64,000 nt of DNA from Blepharisma stoltei ATCC 30299 (GCA_965603825.1 CBFDEM010000056.1:124001-188000), one strand, 5' to 3'. Counted from the stretch's first letter, positions 37,142-49,671 are shown. Numbers and translations: made by a program. Notes: generated from the sequence alone by a model not told the origin.

Positions 37142-38014
37142 ATGGAACATAACGATGATTATAAAATTACACAAAGGACTTATTCAAGTTTTCGTAACCA
37201 AACTCCATCAAAGAAAACTTCCCCTTTCATAAAAATACGAAATGAAGAAAGATTATATTGAGTAAGCGAAGGCAAAGAAATGTATCAAGCTCTCTTAGAA
37301 CAACGACGATATAATTCTCAAATAAAAGCCTTAGAGAATCGGCTAAACCATTTGCAAAAAGAAGAAGAAAAAACATCAAAAATTATGAATCAAGCCAAAA
37401 AGCGTGCAGAATCTTTGCAAATGCAAAGGGAACAACGACAATCTGTAACTTTCATCTAGGCAATTCGAGAAAAAGAATTATGGAAGCAACGCCATAAACA
37501 AGAAATAGATTTAATGCGAGCTAAACATTGGCAAGAAAGAGAAGAACACAAAAGTAATTTGGAATCCAAAATTGAAAAAATTTTGCAAGAAAAAAAAGAA
37601 ATTGTTAATAAAGTCAAAACAAATCGAAGTTTTTCTAATTTTAGATCAGAAAATCGATCAGAGCGAAAAAGTGACAATATTTTTTGTACTTCACCATTAT
37701 CTAATAGATCAAACAGATCTTTATCATTTAAAAAATTGCCTGAGCAACAAAGCCATATAAAAATTAAAACGAAAAAAGCTGAAAATGAAAGACTATTAAA
37801 TAAGTTAAGGGAATTAGAAATGAAAGAAAAAGAAATGATTGAAAATTTAAAAAATGCCTATAATCAGCAAAAAGAGGTTTTTAATGAGCTAGAAAAGGTT
37901 GCAGAAGAAAGCAGGAAGCCAATTAAATTATCTGATAGGTTTGGGACGAGAAAAAATTCGAAGTATGTATTTATGAGAGTTTCGAAAGAAATGATGCAAA
38001 AAATGATGATATAG
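37142..38014 (+). CDS. Coiled-coil hypothetical protein
   Basis: ATG at 37142, TGA=W at 37259, intron 37445-37459; IKALENRLNHLQKEEEK and ELEMKEKEMIENLK coiled coils. Confidence 0.65.
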
Positions 38015-38277
38015 TACACATTTATAATTTAATAAACAAATAGTGGCATTTTGTTTGAAATCAAACTTTAAGCATGCTGGTCTTCATTTGTCTAATAATA
38101 ATTTAAATAATTAATATATTTTTTTTTTATAAAATAATCCATTCGTGATTGATGCAAAGTAGATTCATGCGCTCTTCAAGATTGAGCGTCACAGAGTTTG
38201 GATGGGTCTTGAGGAAACTTTTAGAGCATTCTAAATTAGTATGCAATTAATTTAAGAAATTATAATTTAGCAAATTA

Positions 38278-39999
38278 TTATTTCATTGAAGGTTCTATCT
38301 TAATCCCATGAGCATAGAACTCTCCTTTATAGAATGCAAGTTTTCCTCTCAAATAAACTGCTTCAACCTCTCCAGCCAATTTTTTTCCTGAGTAAATACA
38401 ATTTTCAGGATATTTTGAATAATTTTCTCTAAATTCTTTTATCTCTCTAGGTTTTCATAACACAAAATCAGCATGCTTCCCAACAGCAATAGACCCTTTG
38501 TACTTTTCAATTCCTAGTAGCTTCGCTTGATTCCAGCTCATTCATTTCGCAATTTTCACAGCCCATTTTCCTTCATTTTGGGATTTTTTCTTCATCAATA
38601 CGCTCCAAACAGCTTGCAATGAAAATCCCAAGCAATTGACCCCAGGTAAAGCTCTTCTAAATTGGCCAAGTTCCATCATTTTATAATTTGGATGAATAGG
38701 ATTATGATTAGATGAGATGATGTCAATTTTATCTTGTTTCAGATATTTTACCAGAAATTTTTGATTATTTTGGTTTCTAATAGGTGGAAAGGTTTTAAAT
38801 CTTGTATCTTTATCAGGGATATTTTCACTTGAAAAATATAAATAATGAGGACAAGTTTCTATAGTAACATTGCTTAAAATTTCTTTTACATTTATAAGTC
38901 TCTGAAAAGAATCCGCACACGATAAATTTGAAAAATGAAGCGGATGATTTCCATTATAAACTTCTAAAATCTTATCAATTCCTGCAATTTCACAATTCGT
39001 AGGAACGTTAAGATAATAAATTTGATAGTTCTGTTCATCATATTTTGGCGATTCCAACATCTGCAGGCTGGGAGGTCTAAATAAATCTAATTTTGAATTT
39101 CTTCTAGTAGAATGTTTATCAAGCTCTAAAGACTTGCACTTGGTTACTGAATTTTCGTCTGAAAAATCAGTGCTTTCATAGCTATAAGAATCAAGCTCAG
39201 CCCTTGTCAATTCTTCATAACATTCGCTATTTGTTGATTCTTTTCTGCAGGATTTAATTTCTTCGATTATTTCGTCTCCACTAGAATTTGAGTCGCATAC
39301 ATTTATGTCCATATCAACTGCTACCAAAAAGTGGTCAATACTTTTAAGTCTATTTCGAAAGTCAGACCTTTTTTCTATTGGTTCTGTCCTAAAAGGAGAT
39401 GCTACATGCAGCATTCTGTCATTTGTTAACGCACAATCAACAATAACTGGCATGCCAAGCAACTCTATTTCTCTGAAAAGTCTTTTAACATCTTTAACCT
39501 TATCAACATCTTTACTTTGAGGGTTCAAATATGTCTTTACTGCTAAAAATTGGCCATTTTTTTTATCCACAGAATTTAAATCAGAAAAATCTTGAATTCG
39601 GGCTAAAAATCCTAAATCGCAAAATAAATTTCCGTTGTAGTCTTCAATAAGTCCGAAGAAATTTTTTTCAATACAGGTGAAGGTTACACCTCCAGAAATC
39701 GCATTTTTTGTGCCATTTTCGCAACCTTCTCAGTCACCATTGAGTTTAACATTGGAGTCTATCAATCCTGGCAGTAAGTAAGAATCTTCATAATAAAAAA
39801 TAGTGAGACTTGGATAAAGTAGTTTAATATTTGCGAACTAGGTAAAAATTACAGATAGAGGCTGAGATAAGACTTGAATATCCTCGATTATAGAGCCATT
39901 AACTGTTATTAAGGCTGGAACGGGAAAGGAAAGGCTGAGTAAAGATTACTTTTCAAGAATTGTATTTTCACAATAAACTGCCCATTCATCTGTTTCCAT
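38278..39999 (-). CDS. Allantoinase/dihydroorotase-like amidohydrolase, probably catalytically inactive
   Basis: Introns at 39935-39949 and 39838-39852; TGA=W at 39730, 38542 and about 38456. LLPGLIDSNVKLNGD[W]EGCENGTKNAISGGVT, ETCPHYLYF, FKTFPPIR, SSNHNP, KGSIAVGKHADFVL[W]. Confidence 0.85.
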
Positions 40000-40854
40000 T
40001 TCTGTTTTTTAAAAATTTGCAAATTTTTAGGATAGTTTGATAGCTGTTTTGAAATGAAACGTATAAGTTCATGCAAAAAAATTGGGGAAGATTTAAATAG
40101 GATAATTTATGTATCTGATGAAAATTAATTAATAAATTACTTAAGTTTTTGCCATATAAATAACTATTGTTTTCGTAACTGAAGTAAAGTGTTTTGGTAT
40201 TTCTATTTATTTGTGCGACCTCATAAGTGCTTTATCTGCGCAAATAAAGTTTTTCGCGATTTATAATGAATATATAATTTATTATTTTATATCAGAAATT
40301 TTTTAAAATTAAAATGTTTTTTATTGGGCGTAGATTTTTGATTAAAACTTTACTATGGTTTTTATTATTCTATAACAAGTTTTGCTTATAAAGTTAAGTA
40401 TAAAATATCAATTTCAAAAAGAATTTTGCAAGTACATAAAAGTAGGATTGCAATATGCAGCCTAGGTCTATTAATATCAATTCTATTACAATAAATAGCC
40501 TATAGCTTTTTCTATTTAATATAACAAATATGATTAAGGTTTCTAATCTAGGTCATTCTATTGAATTAAATATAAATTTATGAAAAATCCAATTTAATTT
40601 TCTTCATATACCCATAGACTTCATATATGATTATTTCTCTCAAAATATATTACTAGACCCTAAAATTATACCTTTTTAAAAAACTTTTAATAATGATACT
40701 TAAAGTGTTTTAAATCTCTTTCTAAACTAAAAATATGCTAGAAGCAATCAACAAAAAAGCAGAAATAAATAATTCAAATAGATCCTTCAGCCTTATAAAA
40801 TAAAATTTTAAAATTAGCTATCAAATACTCATTACTCAGGCTAAATTTATAAAT

Positions 40855-41580
40855 ATGGATACGCTATCAAGTGTATTTGTCAAAGCCAAAATCTTATTCT
40901 CAGACTGCCTCTACTTCGCAAGATCCACAAAATTTTTCCTAAAAGAAATCTCAAAGTTGCATGCTAAGCTCAGCACTGACTATCTGGCTAAATTGGCTCG
41001 ATATGTCCCTCCAGATCAAGAAAATTTTAAAAATGTATCCCAGAAGCATAGATCTTTTTGTGAAGCTTTTTTAGCCTTTAATAACTGTATTACAGAGTCA
41101 GCAATTGCTGGGCATTATCAGCTTAAGCTTCTGACAACAGAAATTAAAAATTGTATTAAAAAAACTAATGAAAATAAAAAGCATATCAAGGAATTGTGCA
41201 AAATAAGCCAAGGTATAAAAGCTATCAATGAGCAGCCAGAAATGAGCGAAAATCAAAATTTGTTAGAAAAAATCATGAATTCAGTTGTAGAAACCGTAGA
41301 TATCATTGAAAAAAATACTTTGAGTGCAGTGAAAAATGCTACTGAAAATCACATGGCAAGTATCCAAAAATTGTTCAGGGCTGACTCCTATAAAAAATTT
41401 GAAAAAAACGATATCTGCATTAACCCTATAAGAATTCCCAATTCTTTTACATCTGAAAAATCTTCAAAAATTAATTCAAGATCCAAGTCATTCCATCAGC
41501 CTTTCTTAGCTGATTTTCCTCCACCAATATCTGAAGATCTCTCTCCATCTCGATCAATCCCAAATGAAAGCACTCCTTAA
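40855..41580 (+). CDS. Hypothetical helical protein
   Basis: 241-aa ORF with ATG start and TAA stop; no motif recognised. Confidence 0.55.
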   Translation: MDTLSSVFVKAKILFSDCLYFARSTKFFLKEISKLHAKLSTDYLAKLARYVPPDQENFKNVSQKHRSFCEAFLAFNNCITESAIAGHYQLKLLTTEIKNCIKKTNENKKHIKELCKISQGIKAINEQPEMSENQNLLEKIMNSVVETVDIIEKNTLSAVKNATENHMASIQKLFRADSYKKFEKNDICINPIRIPNSFTSEKSSKINSRSKSFHQPFLADFPPPISEDLSPSRSIPNESTP

Positions 41581-41595
41581 CATAAATTATCATAA

Positions 41596-42345
41596 TTAAT
41601 AAAAATTGCTAAAATCAAGACTAAAAGTCCTTCTTCCACTTCTTTTATATACTGGAGAAGGAGATCTATCAGATCCAAACGTAGATCCAAAATCATAAGT
41701 TCCTGGCCCAGGAGTTATCCCTCCACTTGAATGTTTCGTTGGACTTTTTCGTCCAAATTCAATTGCAGTGTATCTTCCTGATTCCACTAAAGAATGATTA
41801 GGATCATAAGCCCCAGGTGGCGGATGCGCGATATTTGACCTTAAAATATTCCTTCCTTTAAAAGTGTATGATGGAGATTCCCCTACAAAAGATTTTATAT
41901 CATAACTTCCTGGACCAGGGGTAGATAACCGTCTAGATTCATTTCTCACTGGAGTAAAAATTTTAGCTCCATTGTCACAGTTGTCAAAACAGCTGGGCAG
42001 CCTATATTTATTAGGAGATGGCGAGTCTTTTCCTTTTGGATTTGAAGGCTGCCACCGTTTTCCATAGCCAAATGTGGTAGTTCTTGATTTACCAATATGA
42101 GACTGAATATTTGCATATTCGGCACCTGTGAATTTTGGTGGTGGTTTAAATCTGTCTGCTTTGGAAAATGACCAATGTGATGACTCTTTCCCAATTAAAC
42201 TATTACTTATTTGACTAGAAAATTGGGCAGTTGAGTGTAAAAGGCATTTAGTTTTTTTATATGGGCTGGTACTTCGAGGTTTAGGAGGAGACCTGGAACG
42301 AGATGATGATTTTGATGTGGATTTTTGCGAGGAAGATTCTGCCAT
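41596..42345 (-). CDS. SHIPPO/STPG (PGP)-repeat ciliary protein (ODF3/CIMAP1-like)
   Basis: SPSPNKY, TPGPGSY, PPPGAY and TPGPGTY repeats with WSFSKADRF / TTFGYGKR spacers. Confidence 0.8.
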   Translation of the reverse strand: MAESSSQKSTSKSSSRSRSPPKPRSTSPYKKTKCLLHSTAQFSSQISNSLIGKESSHWSFSKADRFKPPPKFTGAEYANIQSHIGKSRTTTFGYGKRWQPSNPKGKDSPSPNKYRLPSCFDNCDNGAKIFTPVRNESRRLSTPGPGSYDIKSFVGESPSYTFKGRNILRSNIAHPPPGAYDPNHSLVESGRYTAIEFGRKSPTKHSSGGITPGPGTYDFGSTFGSDRSPSPVYKRSGRRTFSLDFSNFY

Positions 42346-42735
42346 TAAATCAACTCTAATTATATGAAATTATAAGCAAAATAATGTGGACATAGTGAAA
42401 TATATAAATCAGAGATTTTTATTAAAAAGAAACTTATATTCAAATAATAAAAAAGTTAATTCGCAACCCTTTTTAAATTAGATAGGGTTAACTGAACTTG
42501 CAAAATTATAAGAAGAGCAAAACAATAACATTTAGTATTTAAAAGAATTCATAAGCAACTCTTACTGTGGAATATCAATTTTTTAAAATAATTTCATTTT
42601 AGAAAATTTCGTTGGAAAATATTTTCTAATAAAATATCATCTCATTGAAAATATTGCGAAAAATTACCATTGTAAATTGTTACTGGCAAATTATATATAT
42701 AATAAATTTACAAAAGTTTTATTATAATTAAAAAT

Positions 42736-42963
42736 ATGCTTGGAAGCACGTCAATGATGATGAGATGTCATGATTTAATGTTAGAAGATATAGAAAAAAA
42801 AGAGTGTAGGGAAAGAAGTGGGAGTTGTTCAGATGCAACTAGACTCGAAGTAGCCTACAATATTGCAAGATATACTAATACAGTTCAGGCTTTGTCTGAA
42901 ATGGATACTACAAGTGAGAAGAAAAACCAAAAATTCATTAGCTGCACTTGTGCAATTATGTAA
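42736..42963 (+). CDS. Small protein with C-terminal CaaX motif (CTCAIM)
   Basis: 75-aa ORF, less AT-rich than its flanks; basic patch KKNQK followed by CxCAIM. Confidence 0.55.
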   Translation: MLGSTSMMMRCHDLMLEDIEKKECRERSGSCSDATRLEVAYNIARYTNTVQALSEMDTTSEKKNQKFISCTCAIM

Positions 42964-43641
42964 AAATTGTTTTATAAGTAATTAAAGCTTAAAATCCTTG
43001 GTAACTATTTTTAAGATGCTAGATATGATATAATAAAAAGAGAGGACAAAAACTCTTAAAATGAGAAATAATTGTTATGCTAACGAATGTCTTATATAAA
43101 TTATATGATTTTGTAATTGAAATGATCAAATTTTGAGGATTATTTTTAGCAGCTTTGCTTCAAATTTATATTAATTTGAAAGCTTAAAAGCGAAATAATT
43201 TTAAAAATTCTCTTCTTTGACCATTATTAAATTCAAGATAAAATCTTAAAATATGAAACGTATTAGCAAAAATAGAATTATATAGATCTAAACAATTCTA
43301 TTATAATCAGAGATATTTTAAAATAGCCTTTTAGGCTGCATTAAGAGGATTTTCTTTCATTGTCTATTTTATAAAGATTCAGCTCTTCGCTGAATATTTA
43401 TTTTCAATAATAAGAATAAAGGAAAGTGATAATGCAGTGTAAGGCTGCTTATAAACTTCTGAAGAACAAAAACAAAAGAACTGAATTAAGAATTAGGAAT
43501 ATTAGTAAAATGAATTTTTTTCTAAAAATCATAACTCCACATATAGATATTTAAGCCTATCTTTCCTTACATCTGCATATATCCAAAATAAATTGAGTTT
43601 ATTCTCAATTAAATATCTTTCTTCATTCTAAAACTTCAAAA

Positions 43642-45270
43642 ATGGAACCCTTATTCGAAAATCACCAACTAAACAACCGCCCTAACAGTGCAAAATACCC
43701 AGACCTCAAAGCATGACGAAATTTTCGTTCACGTCCTTTCACAGCCGTAAATAAAAATCTTGCAGCTCTTCCTTCACGTAATAAATCAAAGGCAGATCCT
43801 TCAAAATCCAAATCGAAAAACGTTGCCTACTCTCGTGAAGAACTTTATGACCGTGCCATGGAATTTAAAACACAAATGAACCTCTACAGAGAAGAAAATC
43901 TCAAGCTAAAAACCAAAATAAAAATCCTTGAAAAAGAAAATCGCAAAGAAGACGAAGAAAACGAAAAAGGAAGCTTACTGCACCACTTAAAAAACCAGCT
44001 AAAAGATGCCCAAAAACAAATAGAAAACAAAGATTTAGAGATTTCTGAGCTGAAAAAAGCTTCCAGGGCCACAAGAATACAGGAAATGGAGGTGGAAATA
44101 AAAATGTATATTGATGAGTGCACAAGGCTGAAAAGGATGCTAGAAGAAGCACTCAGCCAGCTGAGTATGGGGGTGGTCTCACAAGATTTGCAGGAAAAAT
44201 ACTTGCAGCAGTGCATACAAATAAAAAAATTAAAACAGGAAATTTATGATATGAATATGTTTGGGGATGAAAAAACATTAGACAGTAAAGGGAAGAAAAA
44301 AAGAGATGGGCTGCTGCTAAAAATGAAACAGACTATATTGGAAACTCGGGACGAAAATGAAAAAATCAAGGCGGAAAATATGATTTTGGCTGGACAATTG
44401 AAAATGATGAGGGAGCAGTTTAAGTGCCCAAATTGCCAATTTTGTGGGGCTGAAGAAAATAATAGAGACATCAATATTTTGATATGAGAAATATGGCAAG
44501 CTATAGAACACAGAAGAATAAACTTAGAAAAAGCATGGGAGCTATTAGAAATTGCTAATGTTGATATTAACGTCGATACCTTAAACGAAGCTTTAGAAAA
44601 AATTGGCTTGTATTTTACCATTCAAGAGCTCCAGCTCTTTCACAGTGCTTTTCAAAATTCCCAAAAAATCTCTTATGACTCTTTTGTGTCAACGTTAACA
44701 AAGCTAAAACCTACAGAACTCATCACATATGAACAAATAAAAGATACAATAACCCATCTCAGCTACCGTCTACAAGTAAAAAGATGGACAACTGAACAAG
44801 TTCCCCATATTTTTTTCCAAGAATCCCGATATTATACACAATCAGAATTTTCTCAATTATTACAACAAGAGCCTGTGATTTTTGACATAACCCAAGCTGA
44901 GCTTTTCAGTAGATTTGTATTTGGCTGCTCAGCAAGTCTCCCCTGTGAAGAATGTATAGCTAGGCTGTTTGATATTTTGGAGCCTTGGGAAGTTTTAAGT
45001 GAGGCTAAAGAATATGAATATGACAGTGAGCTGAGAAATGTATTAGGAAAGTATGGGATTGAGCTAGAAAAGGTATGTAAAGAAATGGATAAGGAGAATA
45101 CAGGGATTATTAATTTAAAGCAGCTAGAAGAAGCATTGGGAAAAGTTGGGGCTAAAATGAGTCCTAATATTTTTTCATATCTGAGGCTTCTTTTTTATAC
45201 GGACCAGTACAAGTTTGATACGGTGCCTTATATGAATTTTTTAAGTGCTTATTGTGATATTAAAGACTAA
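43642..45270 (+). CDS. IQCE/lebercilin-like coiled-coil protein with degenerate EF-hands
   Basis: ATG at 43642; TGA=W at 43714 and 44485. REELYD...ENLKLKTKIKILEKE, ATRIQEMEVEIKMYIDECTRLK; EF-like DKENTGIINLKQL. Confidence 0.65.
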
Positions 45271-45282
45271 TTTTCATAACTA

Positions 45283-47166
45283 TTATAACTTATATTCTTT
45301 TAGCCGGGACCTTAAATCTTCAGGCAAATTTTTAATGCCTCTTTCATCCCAAATCTCAGCTAGCATCTCAATGCTGTCTTCATCTCCTATATTTAAAGCA
45401 TTTTCAGTTAAATCCACAAGCCAGTGAATATTATTTTCTTCGTGTGCTTTTTGAATATTTCCTTTAAGAGACAGACTGTCTCCATCTATTCCACCAATAA
45501 AGGTGATATCGTTCATTTTTTCTTCATTTACGTCGTCACTTAAGACTTTTTCTAATTTTTGGTAAAGCTTGTCCATGTCAAAATCATAGACATCGATTGG
45601 GCGCATTTTTTCGCCTTTTCCTATATAGTTGTTTTGCTCGCCACTATTAAATGGCTTCATGATTCGGTTTCCGATAAACATGCGTAAAATATAGAGTTTT
45701 AATAAAATCCTTCTTTTGACTGGTGTCATTAAAATCTGTTCTCTCCAGCGTCTGTTCATAACCCTTACAACAAGCCCAAAATTTTCTTCCAGTTTTTTAC
45801 AAGGTAAAAGCGTTTGTGAGCTTACCCTCTGCTGAAGATAATTCAGTATATCAAGCTGTTCAAGAACTGTATACTGCAATGGATGATTTTCATTATATAA
45901 AAGATAATAATGATCTCTTAGGAGCTTAATCATCGCCACTACAGGCTCAGCTTTGACAAATTGATAATGTGAGAGGCTGCGCAAGACTAATATCATTTTT
46001 TGGGCATTTCTGAGATCTGCTAAAAGAAATCGGTAACCTAAAGCAAGATTTTTGACGGTTTTTAGGTTTACAGGCCACTTTAAGCAGAAAATAAAGTAGG
46101 CGCACATTAAAAATAGTAGGATAATTAATGCAGCTACATTAACTGCGACAAGGATGGAGACCATATTTTCGTCCACAAGAGCTTCAGCTTTATAATGGGC
46201 TGCTTTTAGATATCCTAAAAACATGTTTGCACATATAGTTCATAGACCAACTGCAAATAGGTAGCTTGATGATAAGCATCTATAAGCAGGGAAAATAGTT
46301 AAATATATAGAAAATCCAAATAGTTGTAGAGTAAGTACTAGCATTTTGACTTCTTGGTTGGTGTTTAGTAGCCCATGCACAAGAACTAATGAGAGTACGA
46401 AAAATTCATAGACAGATTTGTGGTAAATTCTGAATTTAGTTTTTCTATATGATGAAAATAAATAATATTTTTCACTCAACCATGAGTGAGAAATCTGCAG
46501 GACATATTCCATTTCTTTTTGCTTTATAAAATCCTCATGAGCCTCTGGATCATCAGTGATAATATTTTTTCTAGCCACTAATATTACATAAATTGGCATC
46601 CCAATTAAATACAAAAACATGATAATAAAGCTTATCACACTTGTTGTAGCCTGAGCGCCAAGATCATCTCAACAGTTATCATACCTACATATAGCAATTG
46701 GTAAAAGTCCAAGTGCAATCGGTAAATAAAATAAATGAGCGATTTCCAAGTAATATCGCTCAAATCTTAGCCTTCAAAGCACTGATAACGGCATAATGAA
46801 TCTTCCAAATATATAAACCGCAATTACAACGCTTGCAAAAATAATTCAACTTGACGAGTACATGATTCTTGCAAAGTTGTCTTTCATTATATCATCATAA
46901 AACAAAGTCCCAAAATCAGCTGCAAAAATTATCGATATTCCGCTTTCGTGTATCATTCCTCTTCATCTGACAGGCCAAGTCTCATAATTTGCAGCAAACG
47001 TAAAAACGAAAAGCTGCGAAATCCTCAACAATATTATCAATTTTTCAAACCAAAAGCTTGAGATCGCTAAACTCTTATACCAAGCTTTAGTTTGGCCTAA
47101 GTTAAATAGCATTTCAAATATTTCAAGTGCCTCTTTATCAGCAGCTTTAATTGAATTCGATTTCAT
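45283..47166 (-). CDS. Multi-pass membrane protein (627 aa), unknown function
   Basis: One frame through several TGA=W codons (including 46963 and 46240) joins three track ORFs. Multiple TM helices; YYLFSSYR and FPAYR motifs. Confidence 0.75.
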
Positions 47167-47182
47167 AATTATTAAAAATATT

Positions 47183-48169
47183 ATGAACCGAGTACCACTT
47201 CTTTCAACTCGCAAACTAGTTTTAGAAGCGCTTGATAGAAGTAGCGTAACTCGGTTTCCAATTAAAGCTATGTATAATTCATTATTAGGAGGAATTATCA
47301 ATGATCATGCCTTAATGAGCATCCCTATTGATGACCATATGGCACACAGAGGACACTCTGTATTTGACACTTTATCTGTAATTAACGGGAGAGCTTTTAT
47401 TTTGCAAAGCCATTTGGATAGGCTTTTAAAGTCAGCAAGTCAAGCCAGAATTGAACTACCATTTGAAAGGCAAAAAATTGCAGAAATTTTAAAGCAGCTT
47501 GCCGCTTCTACAGGGCTGCAATGCTGCAAAATCAGATATTGGCTATCTACAGGGCCAGGAAGTATCGAGGTTTTCCCATTGCCAGGGATGTCTGCATTTT
47601 ATGCAATTGCTTTTGAAGGAGATGCAAGGGCAGGAAACACTGATATCCAAAAAGAATTTACATCCTCTGTGCCGCTAAAGCCTAAGCTTTTAGCCACAAT
47701 GAAATCAACAAATTATTTACTTAACGCTCTATGTGCAATGGAATCACAAGACCAAGGAGGTCATTTTGGGATTATGGTAAATGAGGCAGGATTTATTGCA
47801 GAAGGGCCAGTCGCTAACCTTTCTTTTATATTGCCTGGCAGAAGATTTGTGACGCCTCCTTATGATGATATTCTTAGAGGGACAACTTCGCTTTGTGTAG
47901 TAAATAATGCAAAAGAGCTCTTAAATAAAGGAATTTTGGCATCAGTTGAACAGAGGAATATTCATATTGATGAGGCTAAGACTTGTGAAGAAATGTTTTA
48001 CTCCAGTGGGGATACTATACACCCAGTATTAGAATGGGATGGGAAGAAAATTGGAAGTGGCGTAAGAGGGCCCATTTCTCAGCTGTTTATTGATGCCCAT
48101 TTGCGGAACTTTGAAAATCCTGCCCTCTGTGAAGAAATCCCTTATAATTTATATAAAAACGATTTATAA
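47183..48169 (+). CDS. Class IV PLP aminotransferase (plant-type D-amino-acid transaminase / ADC lyase-like)
   Basis: SIPIDDHMAHRGHSVFDT, HLDRLLKSA, ATMKSTNYLLN (PLP lysine), IAEGPVAN, ILRGTT, WDGKKIGSG. Confidence 0.9.
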   Translation: MNRVPLLSTRKLVLEALDRSSVTRFPIKAMYNSLLGGIINDHALMSIPIDDHMAHRGHSVFDTLSVINGRAFILQSHLDRLLKSASQARIELPFERQKIAEILKQLAASTGLQCCKIRYWLSTGPGSIEVFPLPGMSAFYAIAFEGDARAGNTDIQKEFTSSVPLKPKLLATMKSTNYLLNALCAMESQDQGGHFGIMVNEAGFIAEGPVANLSFILPGRRFVTPPYDDILRGTTSLCVVNNAKELLNKGILASVEQRNIHIDEAKTCEEMFYSSGDTIHPVLEWDGKKIGSGVRGPISQLFIDAHLRNFENPALCEEIPYNLYKNDL

Positions 48170-48201
48170 CTTAAAAATTTTTTTTAGATTTGCGATAAAA
48201 T

Positions 48202-49638
48202 ATGTATAAGACATTCGACAATACCGAAGCTTTAGACTTTAAAAAAGACTTAAAATTCAAAGAGCTTGCAATTTATGCTAAAAAGCCTGGGACTTCTAGA
48301 TGATTTCATAATTACTCTGGGGTTCCAATTTCAACACTTATGAATTCTTATAAACCGACTCTTCCAAATACGCCTTATATTAAAACACATAGGACTAATC
48401 ATTCTTGCGACGTTGTTTCCCCTACAAATAATAATACAACACACAATTTTACGCAAATAGCTGAAAATAAATTAAAGGACTTAATTGGAAAAAATCATTA
48501 TGAAGACACGGGGCACTGCTATAAATTAACTCCGAAAAGCTCAAAATTGAAAGTAGAAGATGCATTAAATTATTTAAAATTACGAGAAATTGGATGCAGT
48601 AAGCAAGAAGCTATCACATTTTGTAGCAGAGATAGGTGCACACATTCAGTGGCTGAATTTGAGCTTCCGGCACGGTTAAGAAGGAATCATAGCTCAGCAG
48701 CTATTGTGAGTCAAGAGAATACAAAGTATAAGATTTTTAAATCAAAGATGGAATCAGAAGGTTTTGATACAGTTAACCAAGCAATTACTAATTATTTAAT
48801 TACACATCGATATGAACCAGAACCATATATGAATTCTTTTTTAGAAGAAAAATATCAAAAAAATAGCTCAGAAATAGTAAAAAAAGAATATGTTGAAACT
48901 GAACCTCCAGTATTAGAAACAGAAGAAAATATAAATGAAGAAAATAAATATGACTACAAATCATCATTTAAAACACTATTAGAAAGAATAATAAACACCA
49001 AGCTTGTAGATGATGAGAATTCATCATCAAGAACCCCTTCAAATCTGCAATCCCCTACCGATTTCACACACAAAGGGCCATTTATCAGATTTTCCTCAAT
49101 TATATCCCCAAAATATGAACCTAGAAAATTCCGGCCTGAAAGTCTATCTCTACAGACAAATCCCCAAACTTCTCCAGCAAGTCCTATTCTAAAAAGCGTA
49201 GACACTACTTCCCCCACAAAAAATGACCCCATAACTTCAAAAGAGCTTAAATTAAAACAGTCCAGAAAAGATTTTTTAATAATGAGAGCCCTTGAAGAAA
49301 AAATCAAAAAAAATATAATCAACGCCAAATACGAGCTTTATGAAAAACTCAGCCGAAAAGCCACACAAAATGCAGTTTTATTCAAAAAAAAGCAGCTGAA
49401 AAAGCAAAAAATGGACGAGGAGCAGAAAAAAGAATTAGAAAATAACTATGAAGAAATTAAAGAAAAGCTAGAAAAAGCAAAACAAGAGAGGATAAAAATA
49501 AAAGAAGAAAAAAAATTGAAAACCAAAGAATATAATAAAAAACACGATAAAAGAGTCGAAGAATTGAAAATAAACAAAAATATCGATTTAGAGCGGAGAA
49601 CGAGCATAATGATACAAAGAGTGCAAACCAGACGATAA
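48202..49638 (+). CDS. Hypothetical protein with C-terminal coiled coil
   Basis: The frame extends upstream of 48340 through TGA at 48301 to ATG at 48202; SP-rich middle; K/E coiled coil. Confidence 0.6.
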
Positions 49639-49671
49639 CAATTATATATAATTATAATTTTTCAAATGCTT

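Noticed and set aside
40000-40850. Long AT-rich gaps (also 18700-19570, 52010-52550, 58250-59100) as retained IESs or MITEs
   Set aside because: No terminal inverted repeats, transposase remnant or interrupted CDS visible; a MAC versus MIC read comparison would be needed.
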